64,000 nt of DNA from an uncultured Gammaproteobacteria bacterium (GCA_964597575.1 CAZQXB010000001.1:466111-530110); one strand, 5' to 3'. Positions 48,618-57,754 are shown, counted from the stretch's first letter. Translations and numbers: made by a program. The notes: generated by a model from the letters alone, not told the origin.

Positions 48618-50471
48618 ATGACTGAGACAAAGGATGTCTTACCGGTACAAGAATATCGGGACGAAGTTCTGACGTCTGTTCAGAACAATGCGATTACCTT
48701 GATCATTGCCGAAACTGGGGCAGGAAAAAGCACGCAAGTGCCAAAATTCCTCCTTGAAGCTGGCTACAGGGTGGTCGTGACGCAACCCAGACGTTTGGCT
48801 GCGATAAGCTTGGCCACTCGTGTGGCTGAGGAACTAGGGTGCGAAATCGGCACTACTGTAGGCTACCGAACGGGGCATGAGCGCGCATCCTCAAAGGACA
48901 CGCGGTTACTGTTCTGTACGGACGGGCTGCAGTTGGTCCGGGAGCTTACGGGTAACGGTATTGGCGACGACGCAGAAACGGTTCTCGTGCTCGACGAAGT
49001 TCACGAGTGGAATCTCAATCTGGAAATTCTTCTCGGCTTCGTGAAGAAGCAGCAAGAAGAAGGCCAGAACTGCAAGGTTCTGCTCATGTCAGCCACTGTG
49101 GATGTGGAAAAACTGAACGCGTACTTCGGTAGCGTACAGGTTATCCGTATTCCCGGTCGGTTGTATCCGGTGACGTGGGCTTACCGCAGTGCGCGCTCCT
49201 TGTTCACCGAGGTGAGCAGGTTTGCTCGTGGGGGGAAGAATGTGTTGGTTTTTCAGCCGGGGATCAAGGAGGTGAACGACCTCCTGCGTTCGCTCGATGG
49301 ACTCGACGCAGAACTTCTCCCGCTTCATGGAAATCTTGAAGCGAGCGAGCAGACACGGTGCTTCGATCAGTACACCCGACCAAAGGTGATCGTTGCTACG
49401 AACGTCGCGCAGACGTCCGTGACGATTCCCGGGATCGACGCAGTCATAGATTGCGGTCTCGAGAAAAAGCCGCACGTGGTTAATGGTGTCGAAGGGTTGT
49501 ACCCTCGTCCGATTAGCCAAGCCGACTGCCAGCAACGAGCAGGTCGTGCGGGACGCTGTGGTCCGGGAGAGTATGTTCTCTGCGCCGACACTCCCTTCAA
49601 GGATAGAGAGGTATTTCCTTTGCCGGAAATCGCGTATCTCCAACTTGATCAGGTGGTGCTTCGGCTCGCAGCGTTCGGACTCGACGCCTGCTCCTTTCCT
49701 TTCTTCCACGAACCGAATCAGGAGAACCTGGCGCGGTCGAAGGAATGTTTGGAAGGTATGGGCGCCCTAACCGAGGCAGGTGTTGTGACAGAGGTTGGAA
49801 AGCTTATGGCCAAACTTCCTCTCACTGCACGGTACGCACGGATGGTCGTGGAAGCCATGAAACGTAGAGTCGTGGCAGACGTGGTGAAGGTGGTTGCCAT
49901 TCTCGAAGCCGGCGGTCTCCGAGACAAGAATCGAGAGTGGCAGTACTACACGCGTGAAGAGGGAAGTGATCTTCTGGCGGATCTTGAACTGTATGAAGCA
50001 GTCCGAGGGTTGCGCCCGAAAGACATGGAAAAGAGAGGTATCAGTCCCGGAAGATATTACGAGGCCAAGAAGATTGTGGGGGACATTATGCAAGTCCTTC
50101 GCTCTCATCGAGTCTTCGGAGTTTCTCCGGGTTCTCGTCGCGATATCCTCCTTGCCTGTGCTGCCGGTATGGCGGATCAGGTCCATCGACACGTGGGTGG
50201 TGGTTGGTACGAAAACAAGAAAGGAGAGAAAAGAAAAAAGTCGTCACAAAGTGCGGTTACTGGTGAGCCCGAACATGTTGTGGGTTTGCCTCGAGATCTG
50301 CTTCTTGGACAACACGTGAAGCACGTGCTTGAGTACGTTTCCGCCCTGAACGCTGAGCAGATTGCCGAGGTGATGTCGGTAACCCCTCAGCAGACATACT
50401 CCCGGCACGCAGAGCTCGAAGTTGTCCGAGTGCAGCGTGCGGTGGTATCAAAGGAGGCAAAAAAACACTGA
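48618..50471 (+). CDS. DEAH-box (HrpA/HrpB-like) ATP-dependent helicase
   Basis: GAGKST Walker A, DEVHE box, TQPRR, SAT, QRAGRAGR motifs and a helicase-associated C-terminus; 617 aa at about 55% GC. Confidence 0.85.
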   Translation: MTETKDVLPVQEYRDEVLTSVQNNAITLIIAETGAGKSTQVPKFLLEAGYRVVVTQPRRLAAISLATRVAEELGCEIGTTVGYRTGHERASSKDTRLLFCTDGLQLVRELTGNGIGDDAETVLVLDEVHEWNLNLEILLGFVKKQQEEGQNCKVLLMSATVDVEKLNAYFGSVQVIRIPGRLYPVTWAYRSARSLFTEVSRFARGGKNVLVFQPGIKEVNDLLRSLDGLDAELLPLHGNLEASEQTRCFDQYTRPKVIVATNVAQTSVTIPGIDAVIDCGLEKKPHVVNGVEGLYPRPISQADCQQRAGRAGRCGPGEYVLCADTPFKDREVFPLPEIAYLQLDQVVLRLAAFGLDACSFPFFHEPNQENLARSKECLEGMGALTEAGVVTEVGKLMAKLPLTARYARMVVEAMKRRVVADVVKVVAILEAGGLRDKNREWQYYTREEGSDLLADLELYEAVRGLRPKDMEKRGISPGRYYEAKKIVGDIMQVLRSHRVFGVSPGSRRDILLACAAGMADQVHRHVGGGWYENKKGEKRKKSSQSAVTGEPEHVVGLPRDLLLGQHVKHVLEYVSALNAEQIAEVMSVTPQQTYSRHAELEVVRVQRAVVSKEAKKH

Positions 50472-50628
50472 TAAAAGGAGGGGCTTGGGATGAGGCTGGA
50501 ACACGAATTGTCCACCTTATCCCTCCTCAATAATATCACTCTTTAAAAAAGAGTATTATTTAGAGGGTAGGATAAAAGATATACACACATAAAGTTGCTT
50601 AATTTAGCATAAAAAATAGAGTACCACC

Positions 50629-50657
50629 TTGACAAAGTGGTGTTTTTATGCTATACT
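50629..50657 (+). promoter_or_regulatory. consensus promoter TTGACA-N17-TATACT (module P3) for the second sigma factor
   Basis: caccTTGACAAAgtggtgtttttatgcTATACT; about 135-nt leader. Confidence 0.6.
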
Positions 50658-50792
50658 TTATCGTTAATTTGAGTGCTTTATTCTGCTTGTTTGAATGCCC
50701 TCAAAGCGAACACAGCAGATCAAGTACTCAAAAGGTTCTTGACAACTGAAACAAATTAACTGAATGCAAAATTCAGGTAGACCCTTTATTGG

Positions 50793-52064
50793 GTGAGAAA
50801 GAAGGAAATGCGAAAAGACAAAACAGTCATGCAGGTGACCGCGGCGAATAATCTTCCACGGGTTCCTAACAATGAACCGGGGAAGAAGCGTGGTCGGCCC
50901 AAGAAAACTGTGATTGCAGAGGGGGTAGAAAGCACTCTTCCGACCCCGGAAGATTTCGAGGCAGAAGAAGAAAAACTTACTGCTGAAGAATCTGCCCGAA
51001 TCAAGCGCCAGGGGTTCATCTTCACGGATGAGCTTTTACGCGCCTCTACGCCTACGAAGGAACAGTCCACGAAAGCCCGAGAGTATCTTGGGGAAGAGGA
51101 CTTTGAACTTTTTTGGGCGATACGTTTCGGTACGCCGAAAGAAAGGATCGAGGCGCGGCGTGATTTGGTAGTAAGGCACACAGCCTTAGTGTGGTGGCTC
51201 ATTCTGAGAGAGCCCTTCTACGGTATTATTTCGAACAGGAAGTGGGATTGCGCGCTTGATTTCGAGGATCTGGCTCAAGAGGCCATATCATTCGGGCTCA
51301 CGAAGGCAATCGAAAAGTTCGACTACACACGAGAAGGTAAGTTCTCCACCTACGCCTACTACTGGATATACCAGGCTGCCCATCGGTGTATCGACAATGC
51401 GGGCGTTATCCGTGTGCCGGTTCACATGATTGAGAAGTACCGGAAGTATCAGGAGGTGCGTACTCAGATTGCCTGGCTGCAATCTGGGGAATGGGCAAGC
51501 CCATCACAACTTCAGACAGCTCTCGAGATGTCTGAGGAAGAGTTTGTGCAACTGCAGCATGCGGCAACGATCATCGATGGTCGAGGCTTGTCGTGGCTGT
51601 TTAAAGGAATGAACTGGAGGGTGAATCATAAAAATAGCCGCTCTCGGGCTGATACGTATCAGACGATGCTTGAAATCGCATTGGATGGTGCCGAAGAGTC
51701 AGAGAAAAACACGGCTGAGCAAGTGAGTGATGCCATTGACTTCCGTCAGCTTCAAGTGAAGTTGTCGGAGTTTCTTAGGGAGACTGACGTGCTCGTGGAA
51801 GCGGAGCGATTCGTTCTCACGTGGCGCTTTGGTCTGAATGGCGAAGCATCAGAAACTCTCGAGCAGGTTGGAGAAAGGATAGGGCTCACGCGCGAGCGTA
51901 TTCGACAGATTGAGGCTAAGGCTGTCGAGAAGTTGCGGAATTCGAAACTCTGGGAAAATGTGGCCCTGCCGTATTGGTCCGAAGTTACGGGGATCGCACA
52001 CGAAACCTCCATGGTCGAGTCGGCGTCTCTCCTCTTTTTAGCAAAAGTTAGGGGTGCGACGTGA
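50793..52064 (+). CDS. sigma-70 family RNA polymerase sigma factor (second copy) with an N-terminal AT-hook (KRGRPKK)
   Basis: Region 2 (FSTYAYYWIYQAAHRCI...VIRVPVHM) and region 4 ([17 protein letters not shown]); divergent from rpoD at 44797. GC-rich. Confidence 0.8.
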   Translation: MRKKEMRKDKTVMQVTAANNLPRVPNNEPGKKRGRPKKTVIAEGVESTLPTPEDFEAEEEKLTAEESARIKRQGFIFTDELLRASTPTKEQSTKAREYLGEEDFELFWAIRFGTPKERIEARRDLVVRHTALVWWLILREPFYGIISNRKWDCALDFEDLAQEAISFGLTKAIEKFDYTREGKFSTYAYYWIYQAAHRCIDNAGVIRVPVHMIEKYRKYQEVRTQIAWLQSGEWASPSQLQTALEMSEEEFVQLQHAATIIDGRGLSWLFKGMNWRVNHKNSRSRADTYQTMLEIALDGAEESEKNTAEQVSDAIDFRQLQVKLSEFLRETDVLVEAERFVLTWRFGLNGEASETLEQVGERIGLTRERIRQIEAKAVEKLRNSKLWENVALPYWSEVTGIAHETSMVESASLLFLAKVRGAT

Positions 52065-52765
52065 TGATGAGCCGTGAGGACATCGAAGCTGCCGAAGCGT
52101 TGCTTGGGGTAACCTTTCGCAAGAAAGAACTTCTTGAGCAAGCGCTAACCCACCGTTCATTGCAGAACGAGAGTAGAGGTGAGAAGAAAAAACACAACGA
52201 ACGATTGGAGCTCCTCGGTGACTCGATTATTGAAATCGTGGTTACCGAGTATCTCTTTCGGAATTACCCCGAAGCTGAAGCGGGTCAGCTTGCGAAAATT
52301 CGTTCAGCTCTTGTGAGTACTGCTAGCCTGAAGAAGGTGGCGGTAAAGCTCGGCTTTATGAAGTTTTGGCAGGCTTCGTCTGGTGAGAAGAAGGATTTGC
52401 TTAGTGCTCGCGGTCACAAACTGAAGCATGAAGCGGACACCTACGAGGCGATCGTGGCAGCCATTCATCTTGACAGAGGAATGATCTCGGCAGAAGCATT
52501 CGTGCTTGATACCTTGATTCAGTCCGATGTCGAGGGGGTGGATCTGCAGGATCCAAAAACACTGCTTCAGCAAGCAGTTCAAGCTCAGAGGAAGATGACG
52601 CCAATGTATCGTTTGGTGCGAGAGTGGGGTTCAGACCACGATCGTACCTACGAAGTAGCGGTGTTCATTGGAAAGGACATGGTGGCTAAGGCTGAGGGAA
52701 AAAGCCAAAAGGAAGCGAGTGTGGCTGCTGCCCAAAAGGCACTTCAAGATCTGCAGCAAGATTAG
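52061..52765 (+). CDS. rnc: ribonuclease III
   Basis: ERLELLGDSIIE signature, catalytic acidic residues and a C-terminal dsRBD; overlaps the sigma-factor gene stop (GTGATGATGA). Confidence 0.9.
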   Translation: MMMSREDIEAAEALLGVTFRKKELLEQALTHRSLQNESRGEKKKHNERLELLGDSIIEIVVTEYLFRNYPEAEAGQLAKIRSALVSTASLKKVAVKLGFMKFWQASSGEKKDLLSARGHKLKHEADTYEAIVAAIHLDRGMISAEAFVLDTLIQSDVEGVDLQDPKTLLQQAVQAQRKMTPMYRLVREWGSDHDRTYEVAVFIGKDMVAKAEGKSQKEASVAAAQKALQDLQQD

Positions 52766-52793
52766 CGAGAGCTGATCGGTTGCGATAACCGAC

Positions 52794-52828
52794 CCGGCAT
52801 TGTCTGAACACAATGACCGGGTTTTTTA
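52794..52828 (+). terminator. rho-independent terminator after rnc
   Basis: cccggcattgt-ctgaac-acaatgaccggg followed by tttttt. Confidence 0.65.
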
Positions 52829-53050
52829 ATTCTAAATAAAAAGTTGAGGAAGATCGGGGAGTGTGATAGGCTTTTAGGGAAGGTGGTGAGTGTAATTTTT
52901 TTGTGTATGCCCTTCGGTGAAGGTTTCAAATTCAATTTTTTTAAACGAAAAGACGAAGGGGAATTACGAGCCCAGGTCGAATCAGCCGAGGAACGTTTAG
53001 ATGTTTCGCCGAAAGAAAAGATTGTACCCCCTAAGCATCAGGAGGATTTA

Positions 53051-56000
53051 ATGAATCTACCTTTTAATGATCTGAAGGAACGTTTTGGGGCTCGGTACGA
53101 TATGTACCTCCGTCTTTTGCGTGAGCAAAAACAAATGGAAAGAGTGGGGAATGAAAATGGTATGCAAATAAATAATGATGAGATATTGGAAATGAAAAAG
53201 TGGCTGTCTGCTCTGAACTCATTAGACGAGTATATTGCTAAATATGCAGAGGGTGAAGAAGACACGCTCTATGAAGAACAGCTAACCGTTTTTGAAGATT
53301 TGCGTAAATTTCTCGAGACAGGGAAAAAAGATGGGTACATAAAGCTCCCAACAGGAACCGGAAAGACAGTGCTCTTTTCTGAATTCGTCGAAGCTTTAGG
53401 GTTAAAGACCCTCATAGTTACGCCGAAAAAATTGCTGGTCAGACAAACCGAAAAAGCATTCCACGAATTTGCTGAAGATATTGATGTTGGAAAAATTTAC
53501 TCAAATGCAAAACAATACGGGAGGGCGGTTACTATTACCACCTACGATTCCCTAGTAGCTGGGTTACGAAATGGAACTATCCATGCTGAGGATTACGAAT
53601 GTCTTATTTTGGACGAAGTACACGAATCATTAAGCGATGCTCGTGCGAATGCTGTTGATCAGTTTAAGGGGAAGGTGAGAATTGGTTTTACCGCTACCCC
53701 AGAATTTTCCGATAAGAAAAAAGTAAGTCAACTGTTGGAGCATGAAATTCATCGCATGGAAATTCGTGAAGCGGTTAAAGATGGGCTTCTTTCTCCCGTC
53801 ACTTGTATTGTTGCTCGCACTGAGGTTGATCTAGATTCTGTTCCTCTTACAGCTTCTGGTGAGTATAGTGAGGAAGAGTTGAAACTGGCTGTAAATATTG
53901 CTGGGCGCAATCAGGTCGCTATTGAATTTTACCTCAAAAATACCCCTAATGAATTAGCTGTAGTATATTGCGTTGGGGTTGAGCATGCAAAACTCATGGC
54001 AGACAAATTTTATGAAGCAGGAGTGCCTGCTACCTACATTAGTGGCGCCATGGATGATGAAAAACAACAACAAATTTTAGACGGTTATGCGAGTGGTAAA
54101 TACAAGGTTCTCTGTAATGCTGATATTCTTGTTGCTGGGTTTAACGAACCAAAAGCCAGTGTGTGTTTGAACCTCAGACCAACCCGATCTCGCGTGGTTG
54201 CCGAGCAGCGAGCCGGGCGTGTTCTTCGGGTTGATAAAAATAATTCAGATAAGCACGCACTTGTTGTTGATTTTCTCGATAAATCAGGTGAGCTCCCGGT
54301 TATTTTTCCTCAGATCATTGATACCAATCAAATTGTTCCAAAGAAGAAAAGAAGGGAGGGTGAAGAAGGTGATGATAGGGAGGTAGTAGATTATATACCA
54401 ATGCGCCCACCAATTATCGATGTGGAAGGTCTGGATATGGTTACGGATTACGAGGAGGTGTTAAAGATTGTGCGGGAACGGGAAAGGGTTGATAAAAAAG
54501 ATAATTTTCTTAGTTTAGAAGAACTAAAGACACAGGTTCTAAGTGAGGGCATTGTAGACGGAAAGCAGTACGTAAAGGTGTATAAAGAGCACCCGGGTTG
54601 GCCATCCACTCCGGCATATACCTATGGCGAAAAATGGCCGGGATGGAAAATATTTTTGAATAAAGAAGCCGTAGAATTTTTGTCTCTTGATGAATTGCAA
54701 AAGCAGGTTTTGGCGGCTGATGTTCAAGACGAAGTGGATTATAAAAAAATAAAGAAAGATCATAAAGATTGGCCATATGACCCCGCTTATTTTTATAAAG
54801 GCGAATGGCAAAATTGGAGAGAATTTTTAAAGAAAAATAATAGATTCTTGTCTTATGATGCAATGCGTCTGCAGGTAAAAGAAAAAGGCGTTTCTGATTG
54901 GGGGCAGTATCAAAAAGTGTATAAAAATCACCCTGGCTGGCCATCGAATCCGTATGCAACATATAGAGATGAGTGGAATGGTTATCCAGAATTTTTTGGT
55001 AAAGAAGTAGTCGAGTTTTTTTTATTTGAGAAAGCAAGAGAAGTCGTGCGTTCAGCAAAGATAAAAAACAATAAGGAATATAAAAAAGAATATAAAAAAT
55101 ACCCAGGTCTGCCGGCTGTTCCCAGTGAAATTTATAAAGATCAATGGATAAGCTGGCCTGAATTTTTAGGTACCGAAGTGGCTGATCTTTCCTATACAGA
55201 CTTGCGTGAGCAGGTTCGTTCGGCGGGAATTAAAACAGGGGCTGATTATGTGGCAGTATACAAAAATCACCCTGGCTGGCCATCCACACCTGCTTCTACC
55301 TACGGTGAACAATGGCCAGGTTGGATCGAGTTTTTAGGAAAGGAGAGCGTTTCACTTCTTCCTATGGAAGAAGTGAAACTTGCTGTTCGAAGTTTGTTGG
55401 TGGATACGAAAGAAAAATATACTGCCGTCTATAAGAATCATAAGGGCTGGCCATCGAATCCTAGTTCATGCTATAAAGATCAATGGATAAGCTGGCCTGA
55501 ATTTTTAGGTACAGAAGATAGATTTCTATCTTATGAAGAACTACAAGCTCAAGTAAAAGAGAGGGGGGTAAAATCAAGTCCGCAATATAAAAAGGAATCT
55601 AAGAGGCAAAAAAATTGGCCTTCCGACCCGCAAAGTTTTTATGATGAAAGATGGATGGGTTGGGATTCTTTCTTTGAAAGAAGTGATCGATTCCTTTCAT
55701 ATGTTGACTTGCAGGCTCAAGTAAAAGCCGCGGGTATTACAGATAATAAAGGCTATAGTGCAGTATATAAAAATCACCCAGGCTGGCCATCGAATCCTAA
55801 CCATATTTACAAAAATCAATGGAAGGGTTGGTCAGAATTTTTTGGTAAAGAAGTGGCTGAATTTCTTACTCTTAGTAAGCTTCAGGATGAGGTTCGGGCC
55901 GCGGGTATTACAGATAATAAAGGCTATAGTGCAGTATACAAAAATCACCCTGGCTGGCCATCGAATCCCCCAGTCTTGTACGAGGATGTGTGGCAGGGAT

Positions 56001-56434
56001 GGAAAGAATTTTTCGGCACTAAAATTGAATTTCTTAAATTTGATGCTTTTAAAAAGCAGGTTCGGGAAGCAAAAATTACTACCCCAATGCACTATATAGA
56101 GGTATATAAAAATCATCCCGGTTGGCCGTCAACGCCAAAAAGGACATATGGCGATAGTTGGCCAGGTTGGGCTGCACTTTTAGGGGAATTCACCCCCAGC
56201 ACGGCTGTCTCAACTATAGAAACCTCAGTTGAAAGTAAAAATGCTACACATGAGCGTCCTGCATCATTTAAAGAGTTTCGCAGGCAGTTACGCGAAGCAA
56301 AAATTAGAAGTATTTCGCAATACGAAGAAGTATACCGAGATCATCCTGGCTGGCCAGCCAGTCCGCACATAGAATACGGTGAACAGTGGCCTGGATGGAA
56401 AGAGTTTTTTAAGAAAAAAAAGAAGAAAAAGTAA
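53051..56434 (+). CDS. SF2 (ResIII/DEAD-like) helicase fused to 11 tandem 57-aa Trp-rich repeats, ending in a poly-Lys tail
   Basis: Motif I LPTGTGKT, II LDEVHE, III FTATP, VI QRAGRVLR. ATG at 53051 has an AGGAGG RBS, whereas the track ORF starts at TTG 52844. Repeats run about 54507-56403 with core YxxVYKNHPGWPSNPxxxYxxxWxGWxEFLG. Confidence 0.8.
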   Translation: MNLPFNDLKERFGARYDMYLRLLREQKQMERVGNENGMQINNDEILEMKKWLSALNSLDEYIAKYAEGEEDTLYEEQLTVFEDLRKFLETGKKDGYIKLPTGTGKTVLFSEFVEALGLKTLIVTPKKLLVRQTEKAFHEFAEDIDVGKIYSNAKQYGRAVTITTYDSLVAGLRNGTIHAEDYECLILDEVHESLSDARANAVDQFKGKVRIGFTATPEFSDKKKVSQLLEHEIHRMEIREAVKDGLLSPVTCIVARTEVDLDSVPLTASGEYSEEELKLAVNIAGRNQVAIEFYLKNTPNELAVVYCVGVEHAKLMADKFYEAGVPATYISGAMDDEKQQQILDGYASGKYKVLCNADILVAGFNEPKASVCLNLRPTRSRVVAEQRAGRVLRVDKNNSDKHALVVDFLDKSGELPVIFPQIIDTNQIVPKKKRREGEEGDDREVVDYIPMRPPIIDVEGLDMVTDYEEVLKIVRERERVDKKDNFLSLEELKTQVLSEGIVDGKQYVKVYKEHPGWPSTPAYTYGEKWPGWKIFLNKEAVEFLSLDELQKQVLAADVQDEVDYKKIKKDHKDWPYDPAYFYKGEWQNWREFLKKNNRFLSYDAMRLQVKEKGVSDWGQYQKVYKNHPGWPSNPYATYRDEWNGYPEFFGKEVVEFFLFEKAREVVRSAKIKNNKEYKKEYKKYPGLPAVPSEIYKDQWISWPEFLGTEVADLSYTDLREQVRSAGIKTGADYVAVYKNHPGWPSTPASTYGEQWPGWIEFLGKESVSLLPMEEVKLAVRSLLVDTKEKYTAVYKNHKGWPSNPSSCYKDQWISWPEFLGTEDRFLSYEELQAQVKERGVKSSPQYKKESKRQKNWPSDPQSFYDERWMGWDSFFERSDRFLSYVDLQAQVKAAGITDNKGYSAVYKNHPGWPSNPNHIYKNQWKGWSEFFGKEVAEFLTLSKLQDEVRAAGITDNKGYSAVYKNHPGWPSNPPVLYEDVWQGWKEFFGTKIEFLKFDAFKKQVREAKITTPMHYIEVYKNHPGWPSTPKRTYGDSWPGWAALLGEFTPSTAVSTIETSVESKNATHERPASFKEFRRQLREAKIRSISQYEEVYRDHPGWPASPHIEYGEQWPGWKEFFKKKKKKK
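54507..56403 (+). repeat. coding tandem repeat array (11 x about 171 bp) inside the helicase gene
   Basis: Period of about 171 nt; units 8 and 9 share a near-identical 68-bp stretch (55726-55793 vs 55894-55961). Confidence 0.8.
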
Positions 56435-56448
56435 GTAGAAAATTTTAA

Positions 56449-56485
56449 TCGTAAAAGGACCCCATGGGGTCCTTTTACGTCTCTC
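56449..56485. terminator. bidirectional rho-independent terminator (helicase gene / sod)
   Basis: Perfect palindrome aaaaggacccca|tggggtcctttt with flanking T/A tracts. Confidence 0.7.
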
Positions 56486-56498
56486 TTTTTGTATATTT

Positions 56499-57098
56499 TT
56501 ACACCGCGCAATCACTTACCTTCACTAACCGTTCATTCACCACGCTCCAATCCACCGCTTTCATAAACGCCTCAATATAATCGGCGCGTTTTATGCCGTA
56601 GTCAAGCATAAACGCGTGTTCAAATACATCCATAATAAGAAGTGGAGTGGTTCCGGCAAGATGACCCACGTCGTGTTCGTTCACCCACACGTTCATGAGT
56701 TTATCAGCCACATGGTCATAGGTAAGTATTGCCCAGCCAATACCGCGCATGGCACCGGTTGCTCGGAATTCTTTTTCCCAAGCCGCCATAGAACCAAACG
56801 AGGCAATAATTTTTTGCTCAATCATCTCACCTTTCCCAAGTTCAATACCACCATTCTCCATGTTCCCAAAATACAATTCATGAAGGCGCATGCCGTTCCA
56901 TTCCCAACCCAACCGACGTTTCAGTTCTGCGTATTCACCAGGTGTAGCTTTATCTTCTTTTGCCAAAGCCTCGAGTCGTTCAAGAAACGTGTTCGTATTT
57001 TTCACATACCCTTCGTAAAGGGTGAAGTGGTTTTTTAATAAGGCATCAGAGAAGCCTTCGGTTCCAAGCAAATGCTCGAAGTTTTGTGCGGTATACAT
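56499..57098 (-). CDS. sod: Fe/Mn superoxide dismutase
   Basis: 199 aa; His/Asp metal ligands in conserved context (DVFEHAFMLDYG, WVNEHDVGH). Confidence 0.9.
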   Translation of the reverse strand: MYTAQNFEHLLGTEGFSDALLKNHFTLYEGYVKNTNTFLERLEALAKEDKATPGEYAELKRRLGWEWNGMRLHELYFGNMENGGIELGKGEMIEQKIIASFGSMAAWEKEFRATGAMRGIGWAILTYDHVADKLMNVWVNEHDVGHLAGTTPLLIMDVFEHAFMLDYGIKRADYIEAFMKAVDWSVVNERLVKVSDCAV

Positions 57099-57125
57099 AG
57101 AACCTTAGTCAAAGATGAAGAAATT

Positions 57126-57704
57126 TTAAATTTTTCCGACTAAATCCATACCCGGTTTCAAGGTCTTTGATCCCGGTTTCCATTTTGCAGGGCAAACTTC
57201 GCCACCATTGTCGCGTACATAAATCGCGGCCTGCACCTTGCGTAAAAGCTCATCAGCACTGCGGCCAATGCTGTTGTCGTGGATTTCAAACGCTTTAATG
57301 ACACCCTCTGGGTCAATAATAAAGCTGGCGCGGTACGATAATCCTTCTTCTGGAATGTATGTCCCAAGCGCACGGCACAAGTTACCGGTTGGGTCGGCTG
57401 CCATTGGGTAGGTAATATCTTTAATTGTTGGAGAGTTGTCGTGCCATGCTTTGTGTACAAACACGGTATCAGTCGAAACACTCACAATTTCGGCGTTCAA
57501 CTTTTTTAATTCTTCGTATTTTTCAGCAATATCTGTTAATTCCGTTGGGCACACAAACGTAAAGTCAGCTGGGTAGAAAAACAAAATGAGCCACTTGCCA
57601 GCAAAGTCGGTTCGAAGGTTCATTTTCTTTGTTTTGTTACTCTGGAAAACGTCGAGTGTCATGTCTGGAACCATCTGTCCAATGAGGGGTTTTGTCATGT
57701 CCAT
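57126..57704 (-). CDS. 2-Cys peroxiredoxin (AhpC/Prx1 family)
   Basis: FTFVCPTEL peroxidatic Cys motif and a C-terminal resolving Cys (EVCPAKW). Confidence 0.9.
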   Translation of the reverse strand: MDMTKPLIGQMVPDMTLDVFQSNKTKKMNLRTDFAGKWLILFFYPADFTFVCPTELTDIAEKYEELKKLNAEIVSVSTDTVFVHKAWHDNSPTIKDITYPMAADPTGNLCRALGTYIPEEGLSYRASFIIDPEGVIKAFEIHDNSIGRSADELLRKVQAAIYVRDNGGEVCPAKWKPGSKTLKPGMDLVGKI

Positions 57705-57754
57705 AGGAAATATATTATTATGAGTACCTTCTATGGTATAATGCCTCCATTACA

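Noticed and set aside
52844-53050. TTG start at 52844 for the helicase-repeat gene
   Set aside because: The TTG has no RBS. The ATG at 53051 is preceded by AGGAGG at optimal spacing. The upstream extension encodes a low-complexity peptide. Still listed as a possible alternative.
54507-56403. Possible CRISPR array, based on a regular roughly 171-bp periodicity
   Set aside because: The repeats are in-frame coding units of one long ORF with diverged sequence; there is no short direct repeat plus unique spacer structure and no cas genes.
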